DNA from: the human T2T-CHM13v2.0 reference genome, Homo sapiens | NCBI RefSeq assembly: GCF_009914755.1 | Contig: NC_060946.1 | DNA: 64,000 nt | Direction: 5' to 3' (one strand) | Shown here: in pieces, positions 19,866 through 41,829 of the stretch | Numbering within the stretch: position 1 is the stretch's first letter | Layout of the letters: each line of letters opens with the position of its first letter | The notes under the pieces: generated by a model | The model's database searches: none | Seen by the model: only the letters and a program-made list of their open reading frames with translations | Told to the model about the DNA's origin: nothing | Made by a program: the position numbers and the translations under genes

Positions 19866-20767
19866 GGCGGAGGAGCCAAGATGGCCGAATAGGAACAGCT
19901 CCGGTCTACAGCTCCCAGCATCAGCGACGCAGAAGTCGGGTGATTTCTGCATTTCCATCTGAGGTACCAGGTTCATCTCACTAGGGAGTGCCAGACAGTG
20001 GGTGCAGGTCAGTGGGTGTGCTCACCATACGCGAGCTGAAGCAGGGCGACGCATTGCCTCACTTGGGAAGCGCAAGGGGTAAGGGAGTTCCCTTTCCGAG
20101 TCAAAGAAAGAGTGACAGACGGCATCTGGAAAATCCGGTCACTCCCACCCGATTACTGCGCTTTTCCGACCGGCTTAAAAAACGGTGCACCACGAGATTA
20201 TATCCCGCACCTGGCTTGGAGGGTCCTACACCCACGGAGTCTCGCTGATTGCTAGCACAACAGTCTGAGTTTAAACTGCAAGGCAGCAGCGAGGTTGTGG
20301 GACCGTCGCCCGCCATTGCCCAGGATTGCTTAGGTAAACAAAGCAGCTGAGAATCTCAAACTGGGTGGAACCCATCACAGCTCAAAGAGGCCTGCCTGCC
20401 TCTGTAGGCTCCACCTCTGGGGGCAGGGCACAGACAAACAAAAAGACAGCAGTAACCTCTGCAGACTTAAATGTCCCTGTCTGACAGCTTTGAAGAGAGC
20501 AGTGGTTCTCCCAGAATGCAGCTGGAGATCTGAGAACGGGCAGACTGCCTCCTCAAGTGGGTCCCTGACCTCTGACACCCGAGCAGCCTAACTGAGAGGC
20601 ACCCCCCAGCGGGGGCACACTGACACCTCACACGGCAGGGTATTCGAACAGACCTGGAGCTGAGGGTCCTGTCTGGTAGAAGGAAAACTAACAGAAAGGA
20701 CATCCACATCAAAAACCCATTTGTACATCACCATCATCAAAGACCAAAAGTAGATAAAACCACAAAG
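19866..20767 (+). promoter_or_regulatory. L1 5'UTR internal sense and antisense promoter
   Basis: YY1 motif caagatggc at about 19877; CpG-rich; position established for L1. Activity cannot be read from sequence. Confidence 0.8.
20101..20316 (-). CDS. L1 ORF0 (primate-specific antisense ORF), open, 71 aa
   Basis: MAGDGPTTSLLPCSLNSDCCASNQRDSVGVGPSKPG...FSRC matches ORF0 in sequence, length and position in the 5'UTR. Confidence 0.8.
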   Translation of the reverse strand: MAGDGPTTSLLPCSLNSDCCASNQRDSVGVGPSKPGAGYNLVVHRFLSRSEKRSNRVGVTGFSRCRLSLFL

Positions 20768-21778
20768 ATGGGGAAAAAAGAGAACAGAAAAACTGGAAAC
20801 TCTAAAAAGCAGAGCACCTCTCCTCCTCCAAAGGAACGCAGTTCCTCACCACCAACGGAACAAAGCTGGATGGAGAATGACTTTGACGAGCTGAGAGAAG
20901 AAGGCTTCAGATGATCAAATTACTCCGAGCTATGGGAGGATATTCAAACCAAAGGCAAAGAAGTTGAAAACTTTGAAAAAAATTTAGAAGAATGTAAAAC
21001 TAGAATAACGAATACAGAGAAGTGCTTAAAGGAGCTGATGAAGCTGAAAACCAAGGCTCGAGAACTACGTGAAGAATGCAGAAGCCTCAGGAGCCGATGC
21101 AATCAACTGGAAGAAAGGGTATCAGCGATGGAAGATGAAATGAATGAAATGAAGTGAGAAGGGAAGTTTAGAGAAAAAAGAATAAAAAGAAATGAGAAAA
21201 GCCTCCAAGAAATATGGGACTATGTGAAAAGACCAAATCTAAGTCTGATTGGTGTACCTGAAAGTGATGGGGAGAATGAAACCAAGTTGGAAAACACTCT
21301 GCAAGATATTATCCAGGAGAACTTCCCCAATCTAGCAAGGCAGGCCAACGTTCAGATTCAGGAAATACAGAGAACACCACACTCCTCGAGAAGAGCAACT
21401 CCAAGACACATACTTGTCAGATTCACCAAAGTTGAAATGAAGGAAAAAATGTTAAGGGCAGCCAGAGAGAAAGGTCGGGTTACCCTCAAAGGGAAGCCCA
21501 TCAGACTAACAGCGGATCTCTCGGCAGAAACCCTACAAGTCAGAAGGCAGTGGGGGCCAATATTCAATATTCTTAAAGAAAACAATTTTCAACAGAGAAT
21601 TTCATATCCAGCCAAACTAAGCTTCATAAGTGAAGGAGAAATAAAATACTTTACAGACAAGCAAATGCTGAGAGATTTTGTCACCACCAGGCCTGCCCTA
21701 AAAGAGCTCCTGAAGGAAGCGCTAAACATGGAAAGGAACAACAGGTACCAGCCACTGCAATATCATGCCAAAATGTAA
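20768..21778 (+). pseudogene. L1 ORF1 (RNA-binding protein), disrupted
   Basis: ATG at 20768; in-frame TGA at 20912 and 21155 (CGA>TGA); 2-codon deletion near 21380. Confidence 0.93.
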
Positions 21779-21826
21779 AGACCATCGAGACTAGGAAGAA
21801 ACTACATCAACTAACGAGCAAAATAA

Positions 21827-25668
<3,842 letters not shown>

Positions 25669-28279
25669 ACAATGAGATCACAAGGAAACAGGAAGGGGAA
25701 TATCCCCCTCTGGGGACTGTTATGGGGTGGGGGTGGGGGGAGGGATAGCATTGGGAGATATACCTAATGCTAGATGACGAGTTAGTGGGTGCAGGGCACC
25801 AGCATGGCACATGTATACATATGTAACTAACCTGCACATTGTGCACATGTACACTAAAGCTTAAAGTAAAATAAAAAAAAAAAAAATCTAAAAAAAAACA
25901 CGAAGATCTGGGAAAAAAAAGAAAATAAATGATATTCAAGCAAATAGATATTTCTAATTCATAAATGGGCATGATTATATTGTTAAATATCAGCATTACA
26001 AAAACTGATATACAGATATAATACAACTTCTATTAAAATACCAGTTAAATTCTTCACATAAATGTTTTTTAAAAATCTAAAATTGTATATAGCCCCACAA
26101 AAGGCCTTAATAGCTAAGAAAATCAAGCAAAAAATGAAAAATAAAATGCTGAAGGAATCACTCTACCTGACTTTTAAATGTCCAACAAAGCTACAGTAAT
26201 CAAAACAGAGTGTTACTTACATAAAAATGGACACAAAGGCCAACAGAGCAAAAGGGAAAGATCAGAAATAAATTCATGTATTTACAGACAACTGATTTTA
26301 AATAAAGATAACAATTTTTTAAAAAAAAGAACAGTCTCTCTTATAAATGATGTTGAGAAAATATATATCCACATGCAAAATAATAAAATCAGACCTTCAT
26401 CTCACACCATATATAAAAATTAACTCAAATTAGATACTTAAATATGAGACCTGAAAATCTAAAACTAGGATGAGGAAATAGAGAATGAATGCCCCATAAC
26501 ATTGGTCTGGGCAGTGACTCTTGGGTTTAACCTCAAAATTTTAGGGGGAAATAGACAAATTAGATTCCTTACAATTAAGAAACTGCTGCACACCAACAGA
26601 TACAATCAGCAGAATGACATAACTGAAAAATGGAAGAAAATATTTGCAAATTACATATGTGAAAAGCAGTTAATATCAAAAATATATAAGAAACTCAAAG
26701 GACTATACAACAAAAAACAACCTGAAAAATAAGCAAAAGATCTATATAAATAATTTTCAAAGAAAGACATACATATAGCTTGGCAGATAGATGAATATGG
26801 CTCAAAGTCAATTATCATCAAGGAAAGGCAAACCAAAACAACTCTAAGATATAAACTCTCTCCTGTTAAAATGTTTAAAAAAATTGTTGGTAAACTTGAA
26901 AAAAGAGAAAGAGGGAGCTTTCACACTGTTTGTGTCAATGTAAATAAAAACAGCCATTATGAAAAATAGAAATTTTGCAAAACAATTGAACTCTAACATG
27001 TAATTGAACTACTGGATATCTATCACAACACAAATGAAACTAGATTGATGAACAGACATCTGCAATTCTGTTTGTTGCAGCATACTTTACAGAAGTGAAA
27101 ACATAGAATCAACATATGTGTCCATCATCCAATGACGAAATACAGACACTATGGTATATATATACAATCGAATACTGTATTTTCAACAGAAAATGTTATT
27201 TTTAATCACAAAAATAAACCTAAAGGACACTATAGTTGTTGAAATAAGGCACAGAAAGTTTAATATCTCATGATTTCACTCACAAGTGGATTCTACAAAA
27301 CGTATCTTGATTACATAATTATATTTGGATAAGAAAAATAAGTTAAAGAGATTATAATGCATGTATTGTATTTCTGAAAAAATGCTAAGACAGTAAATGT
27401 TGTCTTCTCACCACAAAAATAATAACTATGTGAGGCAAAGTATTTGACAATTACCTAAAATTAGACATTGACAATGTATATTTACTTCAAAATACTATTT
27501 CACAAAATAAATACATATGTCATCAGTGAATTTAAAAATATATTTATAAACACTATTAAAAATGACAACGTTTCAAATTCTGACCTGTGTTTTTTGTCAT
27601 AAACCTGTCTAAATAGTATGAAAGATACAGTTTCTGTGCTGTTTTGTCACCTAGTCTGTCATGACCATATGAACTCTAATATTTACCACCATGTTCGGGA
27701 CCCAGCACAGAGCATGGGAGAAGCCAATGTACCTTAGGGCTTTTATTTTGAGCTTGGGACAACTGGAGTTTCTGGTGCTGGTGGTAATGATAGGGAAGAC
27801 ACAAAAAGGGCAGCTCTTGCTGTGTTTCACATGATTAAACCACTCTGAGGAGAGTAAATAAGTTTGCATCCCAGATCACTGAAGAAATTTTTTAACTCAA
27901 AAGATGCCATGATCTTTAAAATTTTTCCAGATAAAATGACCAAAGAGTTGACTAGTTAGGTGACAAAGACGGAAACCTTTAAATTGTAAACTGTACCCAA
28001 TAAAAAAGTACATTATACAAGTGTGAGAAATTCCTCAAGATTTTAACATTAATATGAAAAAGATTATTTCACAACTGAAATCCACAGGTGTCATTCTATT
28101 ATTTTTGAATATTTAACATTCACACCAAAATAAAAGATTCTGAATGAAAACTTAAGTTGAGCTGTAAGTATGTAATAAAAAATTAAATTTAACATTCTCC
28201 ACTTACCATTAACTCTTCTAAAAGTTTAATTTCTAAGACATATCTTCTAACTAATTTTATATTTTCCACACATTGTTAA

Positions 28280-28568
28280 TTTTTTTTTTGAGATGAAGTC
28301 TAGCTCTGTCATCAGGCTGGAATGCAGTTGTGCAATCTCAGCTGACTGCAACCTCTGCCTCCTGGGTTCAAGTGATTCTCCTGCCTCAGCCTCCTGAATG
28401 GCTAGGTCAACAGGTGCATGCCACCATGCCCAGCTAATTTTTGTATTTTTAGTAGAGATGGGGTTTCACTATATTGGCCAGGAAGGTCTCAACTTCTTGA
28501 CCTAGTGATTCTCCCACCTCAGCCTCCCAAAGTGCTGGGATTATAGTTGTGAGCCACCACACACAGAC
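28280..28568 (-). mobile_element. Alu (AluS)
   Basis: Full Alu reverse complement. Confidence 0.9.
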
Positions 28569-29251
28569 TGTGTTAAAATTTAATAAAAGTTTGGTTTTGC
28601 AAAGACAAGAAATTCTGACTGATTTATTCCTCTCACCTGTGAACACTGCATGCCTTTTATCTCAATTAACAGATCTGAAAGTTACATTGACAAACTTTCA
28701 TCAGAACCTACAAAGTTCTGTGTGAAGTGACATGGCAAAAAACAAACAGCAATAAAGATGTAGCCATAACACAAAGAATAAAAAGAAGGGCAGTGATGCA
28801 TACACAGTTGGGATAAACATAAGTAGACACACAAAGAAAACTAAAGATAATCAGAAAATAAGCAGAATGTCTCTTTAAATTCAGAAAGAATCAATTTTGC
28901 AGCATAAGGACAGTGTCCTCTCCATATACAGAATCGATTTTATTTCTTCACCATGCTTGTTTCTTTATTTTTACTTGGAGCTACAAACTAACTCCAGCAG
29001 AAATATTTGTGGCCAATAATGGTGCATCTATTACACAGCAAGCATTGTGTTTGCTATATTTACATATCAAAACATCTTTATGACTTATGAAGCTTCCCCA
29101 GTATTTACCTAAACAAATTGGCTGAATGAATAAATTCACCTATGTCAATTATAAAGGGTAAAAGGAACAATAATAAAGGAAACGTAGCTTACACAGGTTT
29201 CTCCAATTAAAATAACAAAATGGGATGTTCTAACTAAATGAAATATAAGTT

Positions 29252-29565
29252 GGTCGGATGCAGTGTCTCATGTCTGTAATCCCAGAACCTTGGCAGGCCA
29301 AGGTGGGTGGACCACCAGGTCAGGAGTTCAAGGCCACTCTGGCCATTATAGTGAAACACAGTCTCTACTAAAAATACAAAAATGTTAGCTGGGCATGGTG
29401 GCACATGCCTGTAGTCCCAGCTACTTAGGAGGCTGAGGCAAGAGAATTGCTTGGGTCCAGCAGGCGGGGTTGTAGTGAGCTGAGATCCCACTACTGCACT
29501 CTAGCCTGGGTGACAGTGTGAGACACCATCTAAAAAAAAAAAAAAGAAAAAAGAAAGCAACAAAA
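29252..29565 (+). mobile_element. Alu (AluS)
   Basis: Full dimer; TSD gaaatataagtt. Confidence 0.9.
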
Positions 29566-31619
29566 GAAATATAAGTTAATACACACATTGTGAAATAACA
29601 CTGAAAAATTATTTTGCATGCATTAGTAAATTTTATAAAAATTCTTAAAATACCTGAGCAACTCACATAATGAATACTTAATAAATTATAAACACAAAAA
29701 ATATGAAAAAAAGTCAGTCTACCATGAGTACCAGGCACATGAAAGAAAGAATTTGCATGGAAAGATTCGGAAACGCAATCCATAAGACTTCACAGTAATG
29801 AATTAAATAAAATACAGAGAATACAGATATTATTCAAAATCACTGAGGTTTCTGGTCTTCTAATAAATGATTTGTCCACTTTATTAAAGTGATATTTTGT
29901 TCCAATATTTCTTGTCTTGCCCCACAAATTTCTTACACCTAATGTTTATCTTAAGAGTAAAATATTTGTATATTTAGAATCATGTAAGTAAAAAACTAAC
30001 AGTCTGTATGAGTTTACAGGCAGATAGGCCACTTGTTCAAAATATATATGACCAATTTTTAAAAATATTCATTCAGGACTTAGAAACGTGAGATTTCTTA
30101 TTATACTACTATGTAATTATTATTATGACCATAAAAAACCTCTGTAGCAAGTAATAATTTACTTGTACATTTTTAAATAACTAAAAATATTTAATTGGAT
30201 TATCTGTAACACAAAAAAAGCATTACGTAATGAATACCTCATTTACTCTGATGTGATTACAAGTTGTATGCCTGTATGAAAATATTCTATATATGCCATA
30301 AATAGGTAAACAATACTATGTTCCTACAAAAATTTAAAATGTTAAACAAATGTACATTTTACCCATTGAAACAATACTCTTAAACTTTTCAGTTTAATGT
30401 CACAGGCAAAAGAGATTGCTAGAGAGGTCATTCTACTATGTTACCATCTTTTATCTACATCTTTAATAAGGTGGGACACGTTAAAGTTGGTGACATATGC
30501 AGGTCTTAAAAGGTTTAAAACTATTTCGTTTAATTTAAAAGCTAAGTTATCACAGTCTTATAAAAGAATTTTAAAATTCCCTACATTTTATTACATAAAA
30601 GTACAATTGGTAAAACAATTTACTACTAAAACTCAAAGTTTTCCTCTCACTATAATGCAGAATATTACTCTAAACACATAACTCATGTATCACATGAAAA
30701 ATGTTAAAAGTCAGCCATAAAAGCCTCTCCAATTAGATTTTCAATATGCATCTTACATTTTAATATCCTTACTCTTCCACGGAAAAGTTAATGAATGATG
30801 CCTACCTAATAAGAAAGGAATCTCTCAGATTTCTGATGCAACAGAAATTGATGACATGCTTTTACACAAACAACAGGAAAAAAGGAACAGAATGAAGCAA
30901 TTTTATAGTTGAATTACCTCACTATTTGCTTTTCAAAAAATCTACATTTTTTTCAAGGAAAAACGTATACCTTGAATGTAAGTATAACACTACAAAAAAT
31001 AATCTTCCACTCCTCTTAAACTTATATACAAATAAATTATCCAACAGTTTTAGCTTTGGATTACTTTCTATACGGAACATTCTGATTTAGTGTAACATCT
31101 TAAGTGCCAGTGCCTTAATTCTTCCTACTGTGAATTTTCTAAAGTTTACGAAGACTTAATTTTGACTAAATATTTTTACACATGTATTCCATCTGCAAAA
31201 ATATCTTTTATTATAAACTGCGTGGTGTTTTTAAGCTGTAGTTTCTGAACAAATGTTTTTCCACATTTATTACATTTGTATGTTTTCCTTCAACATAAAT
31301 TCTCTGAGGCTGAACAAGTTTGAGTAATTCCTTTAGAGTTTTCTTCTAGCATAAAATCTGTACATTATATATGGCAAGTAAAGGTATTACAACCCTCTTT
31401 ATATTTGTAATGTTTGTCTCCAGAGTACTCTTTTTTACTTTAAAGATTTAAATTTTCCAAGGTCTTTCAAAAGTAATTACATTTATAATAATTTTATTAA
31501 GTATGAACTTCCTGATGTTGACTATGATGTGAGCAAATAGAAATGGCTTTTCCACACTCTGTATAATTTTTCAAGTATAAACCCTTTTATGTGCCATAAG
31601 GTATGAGCATGTTAGAAGT

Positions 31620-34537
<2,918 letters not shown>

Positions 34538-35181
34538 TCAATATAGAAAAAGAAAAAACTGGCTCATGTATTTTTACTTCTGGCTTCTGGGCACTTTTAC
34601 AGAGACTTGTTTCTGTCTCCAATGACAAAATGTGCTGAAAGAAATGATGGTATACTTTGAAATAACAGCTTGAGTCTGCTGAGACCAAAGGTAAATGTTA
34701 CAGACACAAACTACAGTACCACAGACATGCAATATGTATAGGAAGTAATTACAGACTGTTAAGAAACACAGACAAACCCCTTTAACTGAATAATCAACAC
34801 AAAATTCCACACAAGACACATCATAACAAATTTGATAAGCTCCCAGAATCTCTAGTTGAGACAGCTGGTTTCAGATTATGTTAGGACAACACTGCATTAT
34901 AAAGATTGTGAGAGGTAGCTGTTTGTTAATGTCCAAATCTCAACCAAAGAGTACAATACATACAAAATATTACAGTGACATGGCCTAAGTAGAAAAAAAA
35001 ACTTAAAACTGTCAGAAAACAACCATGAAAATAAAGATGTACACATTAATTTTAAAAATTTAACCTAAATGGGAACACAGGTAACTAAATAAAATTAAAA
35101 AAAAAATAGAATATCAAGGAAAAGATGAAAAATATAATAGAGATTATGGAAGTAGAAAATAGAAATAGAAATAATGACTGA

Positions 35182-35468
35182 GGCCAGGTGTAGTGGCTCA
35201 TGTCTGTAGTCCCAGCACTTTGGGAGTTTGAGGCAGGCAGATCACTTGAACCTAGGGATTTCAAGTTTAAACCGGGAAACATGGCAATATTTCTTCTCTA
35301 TAAAAATTAAAATTAGTCAGGTGTATTGGCACACACCTGTGGTCCCAGTAAACATGAGGCTGAGGTAGGAGGATCACATAAGCCTAGAGAATCCAAGGCT
35401 GCAGTAAGCTGCAATCATGCCACTGTACTCAAACCTGGGTGACAGAGCAAGACACTGTCTCAAAAAAT
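35182..35468 (+). mobile_element. Alu (AluJ-like)
   Basis: Diverged dimer with ggaggatcac and ggctgcagt. Confidence 0.88.
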
Positions 35469-36900
35469 TAAGAATACCTGAGAAATTCTCAAAAGTAAGA
35501 AAATAAGGTTGTAAAAATGAAGAAGCTCAACATACTAAAACTAGGAAACACACAGATCCATAACAAGACCTGTAAAGCAAAGTTCCCAAAGTCACAGGCA
35601 AGAAGAGAATCTCAAATGCTGGAAAATACATAATTATGGTTCTATGATATAACCAGTGACTCTTTCAACAAAAACCTTGCAGGCCAGAAGGAAATTGTGT
35701 GCTATAGCCAAGGTGCCAAATGAAAAATAGCTTCTATGTAAGAATAATATAACCAGCAAAACTGTGCTACAAACATGAAGAAAAAGGAAAGACTTCTAAA
35801 GATAATCAAATGTGGAAAAATTATATCAACACTACATGTGCCCTACAAAAAATGCTGAGAAGAGTCCTCCTACTAAAACTATACGATGCTAAAAAACAAA
35901 ACTATCATATACAAATAGGTAGCTTTCTAGGAAAGATATAAAGATATGCAAATATTATAGAAAAAATATCCTGTAGCATTACTATAATACCAGAAAATGT
36001 TTTATTTAATTATTCTCTAAAATTAAAAGATAAAAGCTAAAAATAATAATGAACATCTGTTAATAAATATATAATATAAATAGATATGTTTAGTGACATC
36101 AATAACTAAGTTGAGGACAGATGTAATAAGAAATAATTTGTGCAGGAACCCGAATTTAAATTTCACCACTTCAAAATATATTGTTCAAATTTTAAGAAGT
36201 TTTTATATAATCCTGAAGGTGCCCACAAAGAAAATGTCTGTATAGGTACAAAAAAGAAAATAAGAAAGGAGTGACAGCCTATCCCTACAAAAATCAAAAA
36301 GACACAAAGGAAGATAGAATGAGAAACAGACCTACAAGAATCATTAAACAATAAAATAACAATAATCTTTGTCTTCAGAAAATAAATATTTTAAAAATAG
36401 ACTTGCCAATCAATATACATACATTGAATAGAAGGATTATATAAAATTTTATATACCAAGATCCAACTTGCCTTTCTTCAAGAGTCACTTGAGATCTAGT
36501 AGCGAAATCAGCCTGAAAGTGGCAAGTGGAAGAAGACATTTTAGGCAAACATTAACCAAATGACAGCAGAAGAGATCAAAATTGTATCATACAAAATACA
36601 TCGTAAGTCAATCTCTTATTTTATAAAATATACTTTATCTCAAAATTCACAAGAGAAAAAAGGTCATTAAACAATAATAAAGATATCATTTATTGAAAAT
36701 GTATGACAAATATGTACATACATATATTTATATGTTTGTGTGTGTATGTGTATTTCTCACATTAGGTTTCCAAAAATACAAAGCAAAAATTGAAAGAATT
36801 AAAGCAACAAATAGAGAGCAATATAATTATAATAAGATATTTTAAAATTTCAATTTCTGCAATGAACAATAAAACAAGCAATATTAATAATGGAAAAGAG

Positions 36901-37197
36901 GGCCAGGTACAGTGGCTCATGCCTGTAATCCCAGCACTTTGGGAGGCCAAGGCAGGCAATCACGGGTTCAGGAGATGGAGACCATCATGGCTAACATGAT
37001 GAAATCCGGTCTCTACTAAAAATACAAAAAATTAGCAGGGCGTGGTGCCAGGTGCCTGTAATCCCAGGTACTCAGGAGGCTGAAGCAGGAGAATGGCATG
37101 AACCCAGGAGGCGGAGCTTGCAATGAGACGAGATCGCACCACTGTACTCCAGCCTGGGTGGGAGCAAGACTCTGTCTCAAAAAAAAAAAAAAAAAGG
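36901..37197 (+). mobile_element. Alu (AluY/Sc-like)
   Basis: Full dimer; TSD about ggaaaagag. Confidence 0.92.
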
Positions 37198-37232
37198 AAA
37201 AGAGAAACTGAAAGCAGTACAGATGGGAACAA

Positions 37233-37509
37233 GTGGCTCATGCTTGTAATTCCAGCACTTTGGGAGGCCAAGGAAGACAGATTACCTGAGGTAAGGAGTT
37301 TGAGACCAGCCTGGCCAACATGGCAAAACCTCATCTCTACTAAAAATAACCAGGTGCGGTAGCAGGTGCCTGTAATCCCAGCTACTCAGGAGGCTAAGGC
37401 AGGAGAATTGCTTGAACCAGGGAGGCGGGGTTTGCAGTGAGTCGAGATTGCGGCACTGCAATCCAGCCTCAGCGACAGAGCAAGACTCCATCTCAAAAAG
37501 AAAAAAAAT
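37233..37509 (+). mobile_element. Alu (AluS)
   Basis: Dimer with shortened linker and A tail. Confidence 0.9.
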
Positions 37510-38156
37510 ATACAAAGAAAGAAGTATAAAACAATATTATGCCTAACAAAGAACACCCCTTAAAAATAGCAGGGTACAACCATTCTCAGTAGCTCACATA
37601 CATTCTCTTTGATAAACTGCCTGTTAGGCCATGATAAAAATAAAAACTTACTAAATCTTTAAAAATTGAAATTGATAGATTACTTTTTATGACCAAAATG
37701 GAATGAGAGTAGAAATCAACAAAAACAGAACTAAAAAATTTACAAATACATGAAAATTAAACAACACACTCTTCAGCATGCTCAAAGGGTAAAATAATTA
37801 ATATTCAGCATGATCGAAGGGTAAAATAATTAATATTGTGAAGATGCCCATACTGCTCAGTGTAATCTACAGATTTAATGCAATCCCTTTCAAATATCTA
37901 ATTTTATTTTAGCAGAAATAGAAAAAGCAACCCCCAAATTATATGAAATTTTAAGAAACAATGAAACACCCAATAATCCTCAAAGAGAGGAACAATGTTG
38001 GAGGCATCACAACTCCCTGATTTCAAAACACATTATATAGACTTAAAACCATTTGGTTTGGTTATAAAAAGTGAACTAGACCAAATAAAGAGAATGTAGT
38101 ATAAATATAAACTCTCACACATATAATCACAGGAAGAGTTATTTGCACATCTATAA

Positions 38157-38447
<291 letters not shown>

Positions 38448-38592
38448 GCACATCCATAATTTTTACAGCATTGTTATTGACAGGCAATAGGTGAAAGCAA
38501 TGCATATTTTTCTTGCCAGACTACTGGATAAATATAATTTGAAACATAAAAATAATGGAATATTACTCAGTGTTTAAAAACAGGAAATACAA

Positions 38593-38880
38593 GCCAGGCA
38601 CACTGGTTCACACCTGTAATCCCAGCACACTGGGAGGCCGAGGTGGGTGAATCACCTGAGTTTGGGAATTCGAGACCAGCCTCACCAACATGGAAAAACC
38701 CCATCTCTACTTACAAAAATTAGCCAGGCATGGTGGTGCACGCCTGTAATCCCAGCCTCCTCTCAGGAGGCTGAGGAAGGAGAATGGCTTGAACTTGGGA
38801 GGTGGAGATTGTGGTGTGCTGAGATCGCTGCACTGCACTCCAGCCTGGGCAACAAGGGCGAAACTCCGTCTAAAAAAAAA
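38593..38880 (+). mobile_element. Alu (AluSp/Sq-like)
   Basis: Full dimer with A tail. Confidence 0.9.
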
Positions 38881-39590
38881 GGAAATATTCTAACAACCAT
38901 AACAAACTTTCATGAAATTATGCAGAATAACATATGTCAGCCACAAAAAATGCTGTATGAATCCACTTACATGAGATATTTAAAGCAGTTAGACTCAAAA
39001 ACAGCAAAACAAAATTGTTTGTAAAGGGCCAGAAAATGGGAGAAATGAGTAGTTGTTTAATGTGTATTCAGTTTTAGTTTTGTGAGACAAAAACATTCTA
39101 GAGATATATTATATAATAATGTCAATATAATTAATATACACTACATATTTTAACATTAAGATTCTAAATTTTATGTTCTTGATAATTAAAAATAAACAGT
39201 AATGATACCTAAAAAAGGACAAAATTGACAGTTTTTAAAATTACCTTCAAATCAAAAAAGTGTTTCTCCCACACCAAAATAGATTCCTAAATAGATATTA
39301 GAAGTAGGAGAATTTTTATGATTACACAGATAAAATGACCATTGATCACTCACAAACATACAAGTCATAAACAATACAGAAATAATATGTGTATACACAA
39401 ACACAGAAATTATTATATTGGGAATAGACATATGACTGATTCATATGTAACTTTGGCTCCATGCTGTCTTAAAGTGTACAGAGTTGAATACTGTCATTCA
39501 CAATTGTCATACAAAATAAAAAACTAAAAACACAATTATCTGATGTGACGTGGCATACTCTAAAATATGAAACAAAAAAGAAATAAAATT

Positions 39591-40094
<504 letters not shown>

Positions 40095-40225
40095 TCAATA
40101 CTGTTTGCTTTGAAATTATTTGGAATTATTCTGGAACTAAAAATAAGGAAACAATAAAGAACTTACAAAATAAACAAAATGTGAAGGCATTTCTCATCAC
40201 CGGCATGGTCCCACAAGAAATGCTA

Positions 40226-40408
<183 letters not shown>

Positions 40409-40608
40409 TTAAAAAACTACATGAAACTATAAAGCTTTCTGTTAAATGTAAATATATAAACACATATACAATGGTTTATTACCATAATCATGAAGCAAAA
40501 TCTCTTAAAATTCTACTATAGAATTTCAACAAAAAAATCTGCATAAATCTGTTAATAGATACACAATATAAAATAATATTTGTAATAATAAAAAAACTAC
40601 AGGATGTA

Positions 40609-40889
40609 AGCCTGGGCACAATGGCTCATGCCTGTAATCCCAGCACTTTGGGAGGCCAAGATAGGTGGATCATGAAGTCAGGAGTTCAAGACCAGCTTGG
40701 CTAAGATGGTGAAACCCCGTCTCTACTAAAAATATGAAAAATTAACCAGTCGTGGGGATGGGTGCCTGTAATCTCAGCTACTTGGGAGGCTGAGGCAGAG
40801 CATTGCTTGAACCTGTGAGGCGGAGGTTGCAGTGAGCCGAGATCACACCACTGTACTCCAGCCTGTGTGACAGAGCAAGTCTCCGTCTC

Positions 40890-40920
<31 letters not shown>
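40609..40920 (+). mobile_element. Alu (AluSg-like)
   Basis: Full dimer, (A4C)n tail; TSD about actacRgSatgtaa. Confidence 0.92.
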
Positions 40921-41829
40921 CACTACGGCATGTAAAGAGGTATAGTTTTTGTATTCAACTGAAGTTATGACATACTAATATTGTTATAACTTTAAAATGT
41001 TTTACATAATCTCCAATTACCTAGATAATTACAAGTTTATAGAAAGTATGCAATACAAAATGAGAAAGGAAACAAAGCATAACACTACAAAATCAAAAAA
41101 GCAAAAATTAAGACAGTAAAATAGGAAATTATGGAAAACATCTCTACAAGAAACACAGAAAATAATAACAATCAAAATGGTAATAGTAGCTTCATTTCTC
41201 TAAGGAATCATTTTAAATGTAAATTGATTAAACTAATAATAAGAAATTAAATGGATGAATGGAATAAGAACAAACAAAATCACACAATATGCAACAAATC
41301 ACACAATATTCTTGTTTGAACTTGGTGTACTCTGTTAGGACACATAACAAGCCTTATTAAGTTTAAGAAGACTAATCAGGTATGGTGGCTCACGTCTGTA
41401 GCCCCAGCACTTTGAGAGGCCAGGACTGGAAGATTGCTTGAGACCAGGATTTCAAGAGACTCACTTTAACTTTGATTCAAATAGGTTGAAAGAAACAGAA
41501 TGAAAAAACATATTCCATGCAAACAGTATCCACAATTAAGTGAGGTGGTCATAATTATATTAGACAAAATACGCTGTAAATCAAAAACTAACATGAGGTA
41601 AAGATTGTTACTATATAATGGTAACATTGGTCATTTACCAGGAATCTATAACTATTATATCTATTTAAAAGATCAGGGTTCCAAAATGTATAAAGCTAAT
41701 ATTGACAGAAGTGAAGCAAAAAACACATAGCAACATAATAATTACAGACATTAAGACCCCACTTTAATAATAAGTGAAAGGTTAGATAAAACATCAATAA
41801 GAGAACAAAACCTGGATGACATTATAAAT

